Shown in pieces: positions 12,696-25,017 of a DNA stretch of 64,000 nucleotides. Source of the stretch: Octopus sinensis (taxonomy: Eukaryota); contig NC_042999.1 in NCBI RefSeq assembly GCF_006345805.1, forward strand, positions 41,478,001 through 41,542,000. Reading direction: 5' to 3'. Made by a program: the position numbers and the translations under genes. The stretch's first letter is position 1. Every line of letters starts with the position of its first letter. The notes beneath the pieces were generated by a model. The model was not told where the DNA came from. It did not search any database and saw only the letters and a list, made by a program, of their open reading frames with translations.

Positions 12696-13586
12696 TTACT
12701 ATATTAAAAAGAAAATATAATTTGCTTGCCAGAGCATTGCAAAAATTCTTAACTCATTCATGGAAAACAGATGTTTGATGGACGGTGCATTTTTTCTTTG
12801 TATATATGGCTCATTTTAATCTTTTATGTCTCATTGAGATAGATATGAGGATGATAACAGATAACAAGGGAGAGAAAGAGTGATGCTGGAAAAATATCTC
12901 TGTTGAAAGCTACATTTAAGTGATTTCAGGATCCTCATTCATTTTCGTTTTCCAGGGCACTGCGGATATTGAGGAATTTTTCAGTTATGCAAGATTCTTT
13001 TAGTGAAGTCGACCCACAGCATGCGCTAATTCGTTTCGTTTTTTGCATTTCTTCATTATCATTTTGTCAATGTGAAATTCTTTCTTATCATTGTTGTTGT
13101 CGTCGTCGCCGTCATCGTCGTCGTCGTCGTTGTTGTTGTTGTTACTGCTGACTGTCGAAGCGACCAGTCCTCACCGAGAGACAAATTTGAACTAGAATTC
13201 CTCACAGAAAAATGCTTTCTTCTGGTTATATTACCAGATGGTTTTCAATGGTTGACGTGTCACCTTTCCAGTATCAATGCAGTAGCCGCAAAATTTCACT
13301 AACATGCCCACTGGTTGTTTACAACATTGCTTAAAAGAAAAACTCTGAAAAGTATTCAAATAAGTAGACGAAGAAGTCAAGATTAAACGTAATTGCCCAA
13401 TAGAGGAAAACATTTCGTAGACGACAGAAGTTTACTTTCAATGGAAGATCAGTATTAATGCCAATGACGATAAGAATGACAGCGACAAAAACATTTCATC
13501 GTATGTAAACGTTATCGGTTAAAAATACCGAATTGACTTGAGCGAGCTGAGGTAAAATGACGATCGAAGTCGCGGTATATAGTTAA

Positions 13587-13822
13587 AGGCGGCGGCTGGC
13601 AGAAACGTTAGCACACCGGGCGAAGTGCGTAGCCGTATTTCGCCTGCCGTTACGTTCTGAGTTCAAATTCCGTCGAGGTCGACTTTGTCTTTCATCCTTT
13701 CGGGGTCGATAAATTAAGTACCAGTTACGCACTGGGGTCGATATACTCGACTTAATCCGTTTGTCTGTCCTTGTTTGTCCTCTCTGTGTTTAGCCCCTTG
13801 TGGGTAGTAAAGAAATAGGTAT
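13587..13822 (+). mobile_element. tRNA-derived SINE S1, full length (Meta-domain-like core)
   Basis: Head ggcggctggcagaaacgttag, B box gagttcaaattcc, core ggtcgactttgtctttcatcctttcggggtcgataaattaagtaccag, tail cccttgtgggtagtaaagaaatagg. The Meta-domain name is recalled, not searched. Confidence 0.9.
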
Positions 13823-14039
13823 GTAGCAATAGAAATTGTATTATTGCTCGGCAAATTTATCCAGGAAAACGTGAGGTCTTCCAAATGTTTTCGGTATAGA
13901 AAATTCAGGAATCTCAAGCGTTACTTCTAATGCATGAAAGCGCTAAATGCATGAAAGCGCTGTGGTTTTCTTTCTAGGCTAAAATTGGACAGCCAATATC
14001 AGTGTGGCAAACGACCTCTCTTTAATTGTATAATTTATT

Positions 14040-15408
14040 GAAATTCTACCTTAATAAAGTGTTGTTGGTTTCAGATAGCAATACATTTCTCTTGAACCTC
14101 AATATAAAATATCATTTTCTCCTACGTTTCTCAAATAGTTCAATCATTTTCTTGTATCTCTTTTCGCCTCATTTAAACAATAGGACATATAGGAATATTA
14201 CTTTTTTAGCACGGCATTCTATATTCCTTCTCTTGACATTTCAATTATTTTTGTATTTTAGGTGAGTTTTTGGTAACAGAAATTATTCTTTTGTTTTGTT
14301 TGGGGTTTGTGGGTATTGTATTACTTTTCTGTTATTAACATCCGTTTTCTAGTGATAATAATGGAAAAATAAAAGTTCTCTAGTTGCATAATGTAAATAT
14401 AATCTGTATATGACTGACGCTGAATAGAGGTCTCCAAATTCAGTCATTCGATTTTTTTTTCTTTTTTGTCGTTGTTCACTTCTATTTCATTGAGAGCAAC
14501 TATGTTTTTGCATTTTCTGTTTCAGAAATAAATTTAATGCATCTGTAATATCCCTTTCTGGACCTTTCTACACTGTCTAATTCATTGCACTTACTGAAAG
14601 CTCAGTGTTGTAATTCTCTTAACACCGTTTCTTTTATTCATCATGGTATTAATGCTCTTTATTACTTTAGCGCGTTTTTCTAATTCGAATTTCATTTCAT
14701 CTCTATTCAATTCGTCTACCTCCGCATTGATCTTTCTAGTTGTTTAACATCTGCAGCTTAGACAACTATGGGTAACTAGAAAGTTACCCATACATATAAT
14801 CTGTTGATTGTTCTTCCGAAGTATTTGTCTGAGAATTCGATTTGACGTGACTTATTGAGTAAAACCATTATCACCAGGAATAAAAAGAATGAAAAGGAAG
14901 AGACTATATTCCTTCTCTAGTAGTGTCGATATTTGTATCTGCAGAATTGTTTCCCATTTACTACTGCGGTACATCTTTCATTACAAGATTTACATTACCC
15001 TTGCAGAATATTTTCAGAATTCGCTCTGCAATACGCCCTGGAATTGAATCCACACCATGCATTGACCCCCAAATCACCTCCTGCTGTTCTAACTTTTCGG
15101 TAATACTCTATAACCAGTTTAAATGATATAATGTTGGCAACTAAGACTGTGGTTACACAGCAACAATTACAAAAATATATTTGCAATTATTCTTCTGTTC
15201 ATACGAAAACTGGTTACGTCTTCAAGTTGTTTATTTATTCTCTGTGATATTATTCAATTTAAGGTTTTTGGAGGCTGCAGGACAAGAGGTTATGGATTCC
15301 TGGTTTTATTATTTTATGCTTCTTTATTCATCAGATAATATTTTCCCCTCAGCGAGCCACATGTTATTTCCGCCTTGCTATCTTATTTTGCTAGCTTATG
15401 TATTGTTG

Positions 15409-15486
<78 letters not shown>

Positions 15487-15492
15487 TATTAC

Positions 15493-15523
<31 letters not shown>

Positions 15524-15839
15524 GTTATCTTTTTTCTTCTTCTTCTTCTTTCAAATTTACTTCCATTTCTTGCCGAGTGTCTTCCCGACTCCTAGGGCAA
15601 AGAAACTCATAGTATACATCGGTAGGCCATTAAACTAAACTCACTAGTTCGTTCATTTTCTTTTTTAAGTTAAATTAAAATACATGGGTAGAAATAGTTC
15701 TCACATCGACAATGCTCTTCTCAATACGTGTGATGTACCAGTTAAGACAATCTTTTGCACTTCTTGCAGGGATGGTAAGCCAGGGATCATTCTCATATAA
15801 TTTTCGGTTCCCTTCTTGATCATTCCTAGTGCTCCTACG

Positions 15840-15934
<95 letters not shown>

Positions 15935-16900
15935 CATCATTATCATAATTATTATTATATATTAACCAGAGTGTTGAGATGTTATCATGCCCCTCTCGCT
16001 GTTTGTTTTTCGCTTTTTGTCCCCATAACATATGGACTGTTACGATGTTACAATATTCTGCTCGTTGTTTTAAACGTTCACATATGTGGTGAGTACTTTG
16101 CTCTCCATACTCTTGCTTAAAGCTTATCTACTTGTCTTGCCGAGTTGTTTGCTGCACAGATTCATAATTTTTCTTTTACTTAGTTCTAAATAAAATCGGT
16201 TTGGGCTGAATTCGAATACATTGATTTGTAAAAAAAATCATTGTCACTTTTATTACCAACAGATTCTTTACAATCTAGCGCCCCCAACAATTTCTTGTTT
16301 CAGGCGTTCTTTGATTTCGGGTACTCTATTAACATTATATTTCAATAGCAATACTCCTTGTTTGTTATTCATCTATAGTAATACTTATATTTGTTCATAT
16401 CTCCATAGATGTGTTGCTTTATTGTTTTGTATTTCTATAGTAAATGTAACTATTTCCAGTTGTCTCATTTTATTATTGATCTCATTATAGATTAACATAT
16501 CTTTCATATAATACCATTTTGTGTATGTTTGCGTCCAGTATAATATTCTTATATTCGTAAGTTACTGTGAGGAATGATTATCCTTTGCAACTACAATGGC
16601 TTACGCATATACGATCTCACTTAACATGATATTGATATACTTCGCCCTTTTCCTTAAATCTATGATGGTCTGCATTGTGCCTATTTATTATCGTTTCTAT
16701 TTTATCATTAAATTTCATACTTTAAACATCCGTTCATTCGTAGATCGGTGTAAAAATTCTCTTTCTTTTCTGTATTATTTAAGTCTTAAATTAGATCCAT
16801 CTTTAGATTATTTCCATCTGTATATAATTTTAGCACATGACGTGAAAAAGTGTAAATAGTAAAAAATAATAATAATAAATAAGTATATAAACGATTCCCC
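14040..16900 (-). mobile_element. Old, heavily decayed R4/Dong LINE (N-terminal region, RT start, REL end), split by a microsatellite and a young family B insert
   Basis: KYNVNRVPEIKERLKQEI..FEFSPNRFYLEL (16150-16360); QRINKQLEDV and LPTLYHL..SITEKL (15050-15260); EVQEKC..TNNTLLR* (14040-14120). Confidence 0.55.
15529..15840 (-). mobile_element. R4/Dong family B 3' fragment
   Basis: IVGALGMIKKGTENYMRMIPGLPSLQEVQKIVLTGTSHVLRRALSM plus 3' UTR; (ATT)n on both sides. Confidence 0.95.
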
Positions 16901-17394
16901 TAACGTATATTGAATTCTGACCAACAAAAAGCGAAAGCTAGCAGCACACATGGTGTATTATATTGTGTAATAGATATAGCAACTGTACGTCTCAGTTTTA
17001 AAATATTTTCTATTTTTGCATGAAGTGAGATCTTGAAGACGATGCGCTTGTTTGTCTCATCTCATTAATTTGATAGAGTCTGCAATAATTGACGTAAATC
17101 TCTAGATATTAATTTGATCTTGTGCAGATTACAGTCAGATATTCCATTAATGTTTTAGCAAAGACATTTTTCAGCTATTGTTCGTACCGAATATTAGCTC
17201 AAACATTGTCCTCATACGTATTTAACTGACACTCAGAAGCTTTTTCTTTCCATTTTCGCACTGCCATTTTTTTCCTGAGTTCTGTTCTGAAATTACATTC
17301 AGTTTTATCAACATTTATAGTTGTTTTGATTTAATGAAAATATTTTCTCTTGACGTACATAGAAATTTTAGTACTCAATTGTATAGTTACATAT

Positions 17395-18000
17395 TGGCTT
17401 CAAATTTTGGCTCGAGGCCCACAGATTTGGGAGAGGGGCCAAGTCGATTAAATCAACCCTAGTGATCAACTAGTACTTATTTTATCGGCCCCAAAACGAT
17501 AAAAGCAAAGTCAACCTCGGCAGAATTTGAATTCAGATTGTCAAGACGCTAAGCATTTCGCCTGGGGTGCTAACGATTCATATTTCTTTACTGCCCACAA
17601 GGGGCTAAACACAGAGAGGACAAACAAAGACAGACAAAGGGATTAAGTCGATTACAGCGACCCCAGTGCGTAACTGGTACTTAGTTTATCGACCCCGAAA
17701 GGATGAAAGGCAAAGTCAACCTCGGTGGAATGTGAACTCAGAAAGTAAAGACGACGAAATACCTATTTCTTTATTACCCACAAGGGGCTAAACACAGAGC
17801 GGACAAACAAGGACAGACAAAGGGATTAAGTCGATTACATCAACCCCAGTGCGTAAATGGTACTTAATTTATCGACCTCGAAAGGATGAAAGACAAAGTC
17901 GATCTCGGCGGAATTTGAACTCAGAACGTAATGCCAGACGAACTACCGCTAAGTATTTCACCCGGCGTGCCAACGATTCTGTCAGCTTGCTGTCTTAATT
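17395..18000 (-). mobile_element. Cluster of three S1/S1b SINEs in the same orientation
   Basis: Three successive gatgaaaggcaaagtc..cctcgg cores at about 17500, 17700 and 17890. Confidence 0.85.
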
Positions 18001-18438
18001 GTGTCGTTAGATATCGAAAAGAAGTACGTAACCTTTTGTTATTGCTCCATTATACTATTTACTTCATATTTTAAAATTCTAAACACTTCTTTTGGATTCA
18101 CTGTAATTACTTCGTTACAGTTGTATGTTTATATAAACATAGTAGTTATATCGTATATCACGATAGATATCTCACATTACACAAGGAAGATATGTCGTAT
18201 CCCACAAACATATTACTGTTAGACATGGCAAATATATCGGTGCACATATAGTTATATTTATAGCAACTTCTCAAAGTTTAGTTAACAGCCATTATATAAT
18301 AGGAGATGTACTCGCATAGCAAGTAATTTGATCTGAGATCGTGTGCTGAAACGAAAACAATTGCAGCGTGGAAGGTGTTTATAAGCCATTTAAGAAACAC
18401 ACAAAAGCCGTTCGATTCAATTCAACATTTAAGTTTAA

Positions 18439-18486
18439 TTGTCAAAATATTTTCGTCGCTAAAATCCGCGACCTGTTCACTGACAA
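18439..18486 (-). ncRNA. Mirror-image hammerhead-like motif on the opposite strand
   Basis: Exact reverse complement of 18518-18565. Confidence 0.6.
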
Positions 18487-18517
18487 AATCCGTGCTGCAT
18501 CTGAGCAGCACGGATTT

Positions 18518-18565
18518 TTGTCAGTGAACAGGTCGCGGATTTTAGCGACGAAAATATTTTGACAA
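18518..18565 (+). ncRNA. Type-I hammerhead ribozyme-like motif with G3-C8 variant core
   Basis: Stem I TTGTCA/TGACAA, core GTGAACA plus one extra G, stem II GTCGC/GCGAC, GAAA, palindromic stem III AAATATTT, predicted UUU site at 18557-18559. Confidence 0.6.
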
Positions 18566-19080
18566 TTAAACTTAAATGTTGAATTGAATCGAACGGCTTT
18601 TGTGTGTTTCTTAAATGGCTTATAAACACCTTCCACGCTGCAATTGCATTATATAATAGTTTGTTGTGAATAGCTTGTATAAGGAAATCTAAAAAGAAAG
18701 TTGATTTCCTTATCGAGATCTTCAGTATATTTAACGTTACTATGTTAAGTATATTTCGTTACTATGTTAAAAAACAAAGTGATAGAGATTATGAAGCATG
18801 ACCAATAGCATTTTAATTACCATATTTCTTGCGTATTACATCACATTTTGATCTTGACATTAGTTTGAACCTCAAGTGCATTTGCTTCTTAATTTTCGTC
18901 TTCTTTTCTGCAAGTTTACATTTCTGTAAGTCGTACATATTCAGTCACATCTACACATGAGGTTTTGTTTGTGTGAGATTACAGGTAAACAATTATATAA
19001 TGTTCAGATCGTTTTGCAATTTATATTCTTTCACCATTTGACACTGGACTCTGGTGCTTTATATTAATACATATGTGTGT

Positions 19081-19112
<32 letters not shown>

Positions 19113-19835
19113 TTGTGTGTGTGCGTGCGTGTGTCTGTAAATATTTAGTAGCAACTGAGTTTTCAAGTTTGTGGCATATTTCGATATTAACAGAATTCCA
19201 TCGATTCTTCGAAATAGTCAAACATCTGCGAGAAATAATAACTCAGAAGAGATTAACGAGATGACGTCCAAACATGATACACTAAACATACCAGAAATTT
19301 CCCCCAAATCAAGTCGTTCCATCATTAAATGGAAAATCCTATTGAGGCGTATTCCTAGACACACTCTGGTGCCTGAAGCAGCCACAGCTTCGTTACGGCT
19401 GGAAACCTTTTATCATAGATCTGTTCTAGAAATTTATACTAAACAATGCTCGGATAACATTTCATTGTTTAAAATTTCCATTTCGTTTGCTTGAGTATAT
19501 CATTTACTATCTTTTTACGTTTTATTATAAATGACTGCCTGTAATATGTGTTATTAATACACCGGCAGAATTATTTATTTATATTCCATCCATTACATTA
19601 ACCAAAACACACGCTTACCCAAAGCACACACACACATATGTAATTCAATACGCATAAAAATATCCACAGACAACGGCTGACAAATGCTATCATACAGTGT
19701 TAATTTACATAACGTTTCAGTAAGGTTACATCGAAACAATTGCAGTATTATGCAATAAAACGTGTTGGCCAATCCATTTTCTGTTATTCATATGATATGA
19801 TATAATATGATATTATATATTAATACATATGCAGG

Positions 19836-19836
19836 C

Positions 19837-19929
<93 letters not shown>

Positions 19930-19961
19930 ATATCTATCTATCTATCTATCTATCTATGTTT

Positions 19962-20021
<60 letters not shown>

Positions 20022-20040
20022 ATATATATATATATATATA
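19836..20040. repeat. (TCTA)n-(TA)n microsatellite
   Basis: Direct reading; a further (TA)n/(CA)n tract lies at 20405-20580. Confidence 0.97.
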
Positions 20041-20401
20041 TCGGCAAACCGTAACGTTTAAGAGGCATGTCGTTTGGTCAAAACCGAATTAAAAAATTCA
20101 GCTTCTCGGAGCCTTCCTGTTGGAATGCGGTATAAGAAGGAAGAAGTTAGTTATTCTATTGCAATTGTTAAGCTCTCAGCTCAACCGTCATTTAACACAT
20201 TTTGAAATCTTATGATTACTTCGAACGTATGAAAGCACTAGTTGAACTTTATGAAAATTACTAAATATTTCTTAATATATAACACACACCAACATTGTAA
20301 AAAGCTTTTTGCATGCAAAAATACATGCAAACCAGACCATATTGTAACTTTATTCAACTGATATATTTTTCTATGCACATTTGTACAAATTCGGGTATGT
20401 C

Positions 20402-20490
<89 letters not shown>

Positions 20491-20994
20491 CATACATATA
20501 TATACATATGTATATGCATATATATATTTGTATATACATACACACACACACATACACACACACACACATATATATATATATAATTACCGTTAGTCAGTAG
20601 CAGTTATTTATATTTGGCTTACGCAATCCTGGAACAAAATCATCTACACGTCTTTATAGAGCCCCAAACAGAGCTGAGCTGAGGCTTACAATATTTATTA
20701 ACCACCATCCCACAGCATATATACATTATTCAGCAGGATTTTCCGTTGGATGCTGGAGCGATGTGATTCGAAGTAAATTCGTTGCTATGTTTAGGTTATC
20801 GAATGTGGAAGTTATTTCATTAGCCTCTTTTGGGTTATTTCTTCTCGGAGATGTTTGGTTATTCAGAGCAATCGATAAAATTCTGTTCATCTGTGTTGAT
20901 CGATTTAGAGATATCGTCATTATTTTCTTTTTTTTTTTACTTTTGTTTATTGATTCTGTTACACATTTATCATTGTTCAGTTTGAGCTAATGTA

Positions 20995-21192
20995 AAGAAT
21001 TGTATTATCCGGAGACCCGCCAAAAATGCTTAGCGGCATTTCCTCCCTCTTCACGTTCTGAGTTCAAATTCCACTTGGGTCGACTTTACATTTCATCGTT
21101 TCGAGGCCTACAAACTAGGTACTTGTTGTATATTGGGGTCGAAAATGTCAGACCTTGTGCCTATACTAGTGGAAAGTATTATTATTATTATT
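20995..21192 (+). mobile_element. Old SINE S1b with ATT tail
   Basis: ttctgagttcaaattcc..gtcgactttacatttcatc..ggggtcga..ccttgtgcctatactagtggaaagtattattatt. Confidence 0.75.
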
Positions 21193-21825
21193 GAGTGAGA
21201 GAGCAGTTCATGCCATCAAAGTGACACTGGGGTAAAATATACGAAGCCCAATATACCCATCATGACTACCCGTCTGATAAAGGTACACCAGGCACATGCA
21301 TCACAACCATATGTGCGCGACATGGTGATCTCATATCAAGATAAACAGCACATGATCTTGCAGGTGGGGCCCAGTTAGAATTTTCTTCAGGTTGAGTAGC
21401 CCATCCCGCTCAAACGGTCCCTGAATAAGGGTTGTTTAAGGATGTTGAAAGAACCACCCATGTTTCCAGAGGTGAACTATTCAAACCCCAAAGAATCCCT
21501 CTCAACACATGGCTATGATGCACCCCCACTACTTCTGCTCGTGATCAGAGATACACATATCGTCAGCCACTAAGGGACATGCTCAACTGGTTAAGGTCAA
21601 ACAACTGACAAGCAAATCTGTGGTATTGAGCAGAATATTTACTGTAGCCCATCTTTTATACCAAGACAAAACAATGTACATGATAACACTTCCAATCAGT
21701 TAAGATCAGAAGCCATGAGAGCCACTGCCTGGTACTGCATCAGGGCATTTATACTGCATCAGGGCATTGGTACTGCATCAGGGCATTTATAATGCATCAG
21801 GGCATTGGTACTGCATCAGGGCATT
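21193..21825 (-). mobile_element. Non-coding element of about 560 bp embedded in (TAA)n, ending in five 19-bp reiterations
   Basis: No ORF; (ATT)n on both sides; units tactgcatcagggcatt(ta/gg) x5 at 21733-21825; homologs at 11127-11845. Confidence 0.85.
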
Positions 21826-21865
21826 TATTATTATTATTATTATTATTATTATATTATTATTATTA

Positions 21866-21899
<34 letters not shown>

Positions 21900-21902
<3 letters not shown>

Positions 21903-22498
21903 TAGTTTTATTTTTATAGCGTGCTTTCACTTCACTACCGAGCGCAGCTCTGTGTGCCTTAGGTATGTGCTGTGATTTGTTGTGATGCTCTGATGGTTAT
22001 TGTATGGAAAGTGTTCTGCGTAGGATGTGTGCAGTGCCTAGTAGTGCAATTTTCTGTATGTTATATGTGTTTGTAAGTCCTGGTGTTTTGTTATGTATTT
22101 GTCTGAATTTTTTTTTTATCATGCCTAATGCAACTACTATGATAGGAATTGCTTCTGTTTTTAGATTCCACATTCTGGTTACCTCTATTTCCAGGACTTT
22201 GTATTTTGAAAGTTTCTCCATTACTTTTAGAGAAACGTTGTCATGTGCTGGTATTGATACATCAATTAGAAAGCATTTTTTGTTCATGATCTCTGACAAC
22301 TATATTTGGTCTGTTGGCCTTAATTTCTCTATCTGTGTGTATTGGCATATCCCAGAGTATAGTTGCTTTCTCGTTTTCTGTGAGCTTTTCTGGTGTGTGC
22401 CTATACCATCTTTTTTCTGTTGTTATTCCATTATGTTGGCATAGCTTCCAGTGTATGTAGGTCCCAAATCTGTCGTGTCTGTGAATAGATTCCTTCTT
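21900..22498 (-). mobile_element. R4/Dong family A 3' fragment (REL plus 3' UTR)
   Basis: KESIHRHDRFGTYIHWKLC..WDMPIHTDREIKANRPNIVV..LIDVSIP..RRTLSIQ; near-identical to 8620-9214; (ATT)n flanks. Confidence 0.96.
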
Positions 22499-22639
22499 TA
22501 TTATTGTTGTTATTATTATTATTAATATTATTATTATTATTAATATCATCATCATCTCATCATCATCATCATCATCATCATCTCATCATCATCATTATCA
22601 TCATCATCATCAACATCATCATTATCACTATTATTGTTA

Positions 22640-22815
22640 AGACCGCAAGTTGGCTGAGTCGCTAACACGCCAGGATAAATGCTTAGCAGCATTTCGTCTC
22701 TCCTTTCGTTCTGAGTTTAAATTCTGTCGTGGCTGAGTATACCTTTCATCGTTTTGGAGTCGATGAATTAAAGTACCAGTTACACAAATGTCAGGCCTTG
22801 TGTCTATTGTTGAAA
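22640..22815 (+). mobile_element. Old, internally deleted SINE S1b
   Basis: Head ..gctaacacgccagg..ttctgagtttaaattc, core, and tail caggccttgtg..aaattatt. Confidence 0.7.
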
Positions 22816-22821
22816 TTATTA

Positions 22822-22852
<31 letters not shown>

Positions 22853-22953
22853 CATCATCATCATTATTGTTGTTCTTGTTGTTTTTGTTGTTGATGTTGG
22901 TGGTGGTGGTGGTTCGTCGTCGTTGTCGTGGTAGCGGTATTTCATATGTAGGC

Positions 22954-23168
22954 GAGCTGGCAGAAACGTTAGTACGCCGGACGAAATGCGTAGCTGTATT
23001 TCGTCTGCCGTTACGTTCTGAGTTCAAATTCCGCCGAGGTCGACTTTGCCTTTCATCCTTTCGGGGTCGATAAATTAAGTACCAGTTACGCACTGGGGTC
23101 GATGTAATCGACTTAATCTACTTGTCTGTCTTCTCTGTGTTTAGCCCCTTGTGGGTAATAAAGAACTA
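22954..23168 (+). mobile_element. SINE S1 with 18-bp flanking direct repeat
   Basis: ggtatttcatatgtaggc at 22936-22953 and 23169-23186; part of it may overlap SINE termini. Confidence 0.9.
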
Positions 23169-23834
23169 GGTATTTCATATGTAGGCTGTATTTCGTTGCT
23201 CCCGGGAAGGTCATTGCGTTACATTTAAGATTTCCTTCCTGTCTACGTCCGTTTGATCACTTACTCTGTATTCCTTCATATTTGTGTTGTGATGGAGCAT
23301 GTCTTATATGTTTATGAATAATTCTTTTCCGCCACTTCCATTGATTTCACGATGCTTATAAATTTTGCATATGATCGCTTCATTTTATTTATATTTTTAC
23401 CGAACATATTTTTTTTTCTTGTGTTTTTCAATTTCTCTGTCAGATGTTTATTTATTCATTATTTATCCTTTGCTTTTTTTGTTTCTTATTGTTTGTTATA
23501 AATCTTCATGTTTTCCCTAATGTATTTCAGATTATTTGCCGTTTTAAATCTTCGTTTTTATTGCATAATCATGACAAACAGCACATAAAATAAATATTCA
23601 TCGTATTAAATGGGGAACCGAATATTATCACTATTTATTTCGCTTGTGAATTTTGCTCTGCGTATTCGCTCTTGCCATTCGATATATTTCAAATATCTCG
23701 TATTTTCGTACTAATAAAAGTGGCGATATCTGTACCTCGGATTTAACACATACGGCTTCCCCTGTTGTTCACATATTGGATTTTTCTTTTTTTTTCGCGA
23801 TAAGAATATAATAATAATAATAATGATAATAATG

Positions 23835-23865
<31 letters not shown>

Positions 23866-24011
23866 TAATAATAATAATGACAATAATGATAATAATAATA
23901 ATATAATAATAATAATAATAAGAAGAAGAAGAAGAAGGAGGAGGAGGAGAAGAAGAAGAAGAAGAAGAAGAAGAAGAAGAAGGAGGAGGAGGAGAAGAAG
24001 AAGAAGAAAAA

Positions 24012-24560
24012 GAAGAAGGCATCATCGAAAATGATAATGCAAAGATTCTATGGGATTTTATGATTCAGTTCGACTATGAGATAGAGAATAGGAAACCAGA
24101 CATAGTGTTAATTGAGAAAGAAAGCAAATGGTGCTGGATCCCAGATATAGCATGCCCAGCTGAAAATAAGGTATGCGATAAGGAAGAAAGAAAAGTCGGT
24201 AAATATGACAAGTTAGCATGGGAGGTTAAGCAGTTGTGGTTGCTGAAAAAGGTAGTAGTAGTACCAATAATTGTGGGAGCCCTGGGAACAGTGAGTAAAA
24301 ATCTTGAGAAGTACATGGAACAAATAAGGGATGAATTAAGGGTGGAGCACTTGACGAAAACAGCACTGCTTGGAACGGCCCGAATACTCTGGATGGCACC
24401 ATAGTACATCTCCAGCGTTAGAAGCTAGGAAAAGAAAATAATAATAATAATAGCTGAAAAGAACGAATAGTATGATACCGTAGGCTGCAGGTAGCAAGCC
24501 CGCTACGCATGCAAAACTCCAAGGGTTCCAACAAAACCTGAGATAAAAAGAAATAAAAAT
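24012..24560 (+). mobile_element. R4/Dong REL fragment and 3' UTR (further family)
   Basis: EGIIENDNAKILWDF..RKPDIV..DIACP..KYDKL..VVPIIVGALG..KTALLGTARIL; compound (TAA)n-(GAA)n at the 5' side, (TAA)n at the 3' side. Confidence 0.93.
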
Positions 24561-24564
24561 AATA

Positions 24565-24851
24565 ATAATGGCTTCAATTTTGGTAAAGGCCAGCAATTTT
24601 TTTTGTGAGGGTGGGTTATATCGTCCGCAATGCTCAGCTGGTAGTTATTTTAGTGATCCCGGCAAGCTGGCAGAATCTTTACTTAGCAGCATTTCATCCG
24701 TGTTGACGTTCTGAGTTGAAGTTCCAATGAGATCGATTTTGCCATTTATCGTTTCGGGGTCGATAAAATAAGTACCAGCTGAGAAGTGTTGTCGATGTAA
24801 TCGACTATAATTTTTCCCCAGAATTGCTGGCCCCCTGCCAAATTTTGAAAC

Positions 24852-24921
<70 letters not shown>

Positions 24922-25017
24922 TAAGGCTTCGTGCTGGCAGAATCGTTAGCACGCTGTAATCGACTAGCCCTCTCCCCCATAATTTCAGGCCTTGTGCCGA
25001 TATAAGAAAGAATCATT
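24565..25017. mobile_element. S1b SINE cluster: minus-strand tail, plus-strand copy, plus-strand deleted copy
   Basis: S1b tail reversed at 24565-24630; plus-strand copies at 24660-24855 and 24925-25017. Confidence 0.75.

Larger units (their letters stand above)
18303..18646. mobile_element. PLE-like fold-back mini-element: 55-bp leader plus 289-bp near-perfect palindrome, 13-bp TSD
   Basis: Arms 18358-18498 and 18505-18646 around loop atctga; TSD cattatataatag at 18290-18302 and 18647-18659. Mirrored ORFs 18368+ and 18442- confirm the palindrome. Confidence 0.9.

Noticed and set aside
13929-13961. Small tandem duplications (also 6530-6572, 18736-18770, 52537-52568)
   Set aside because: Ordinary local slippage with no further structure.
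21733-21825. CRISPR-like array
   Set aside because: Spacers are only 2 nt, there are no cas genes, and the context is eukaryotic.
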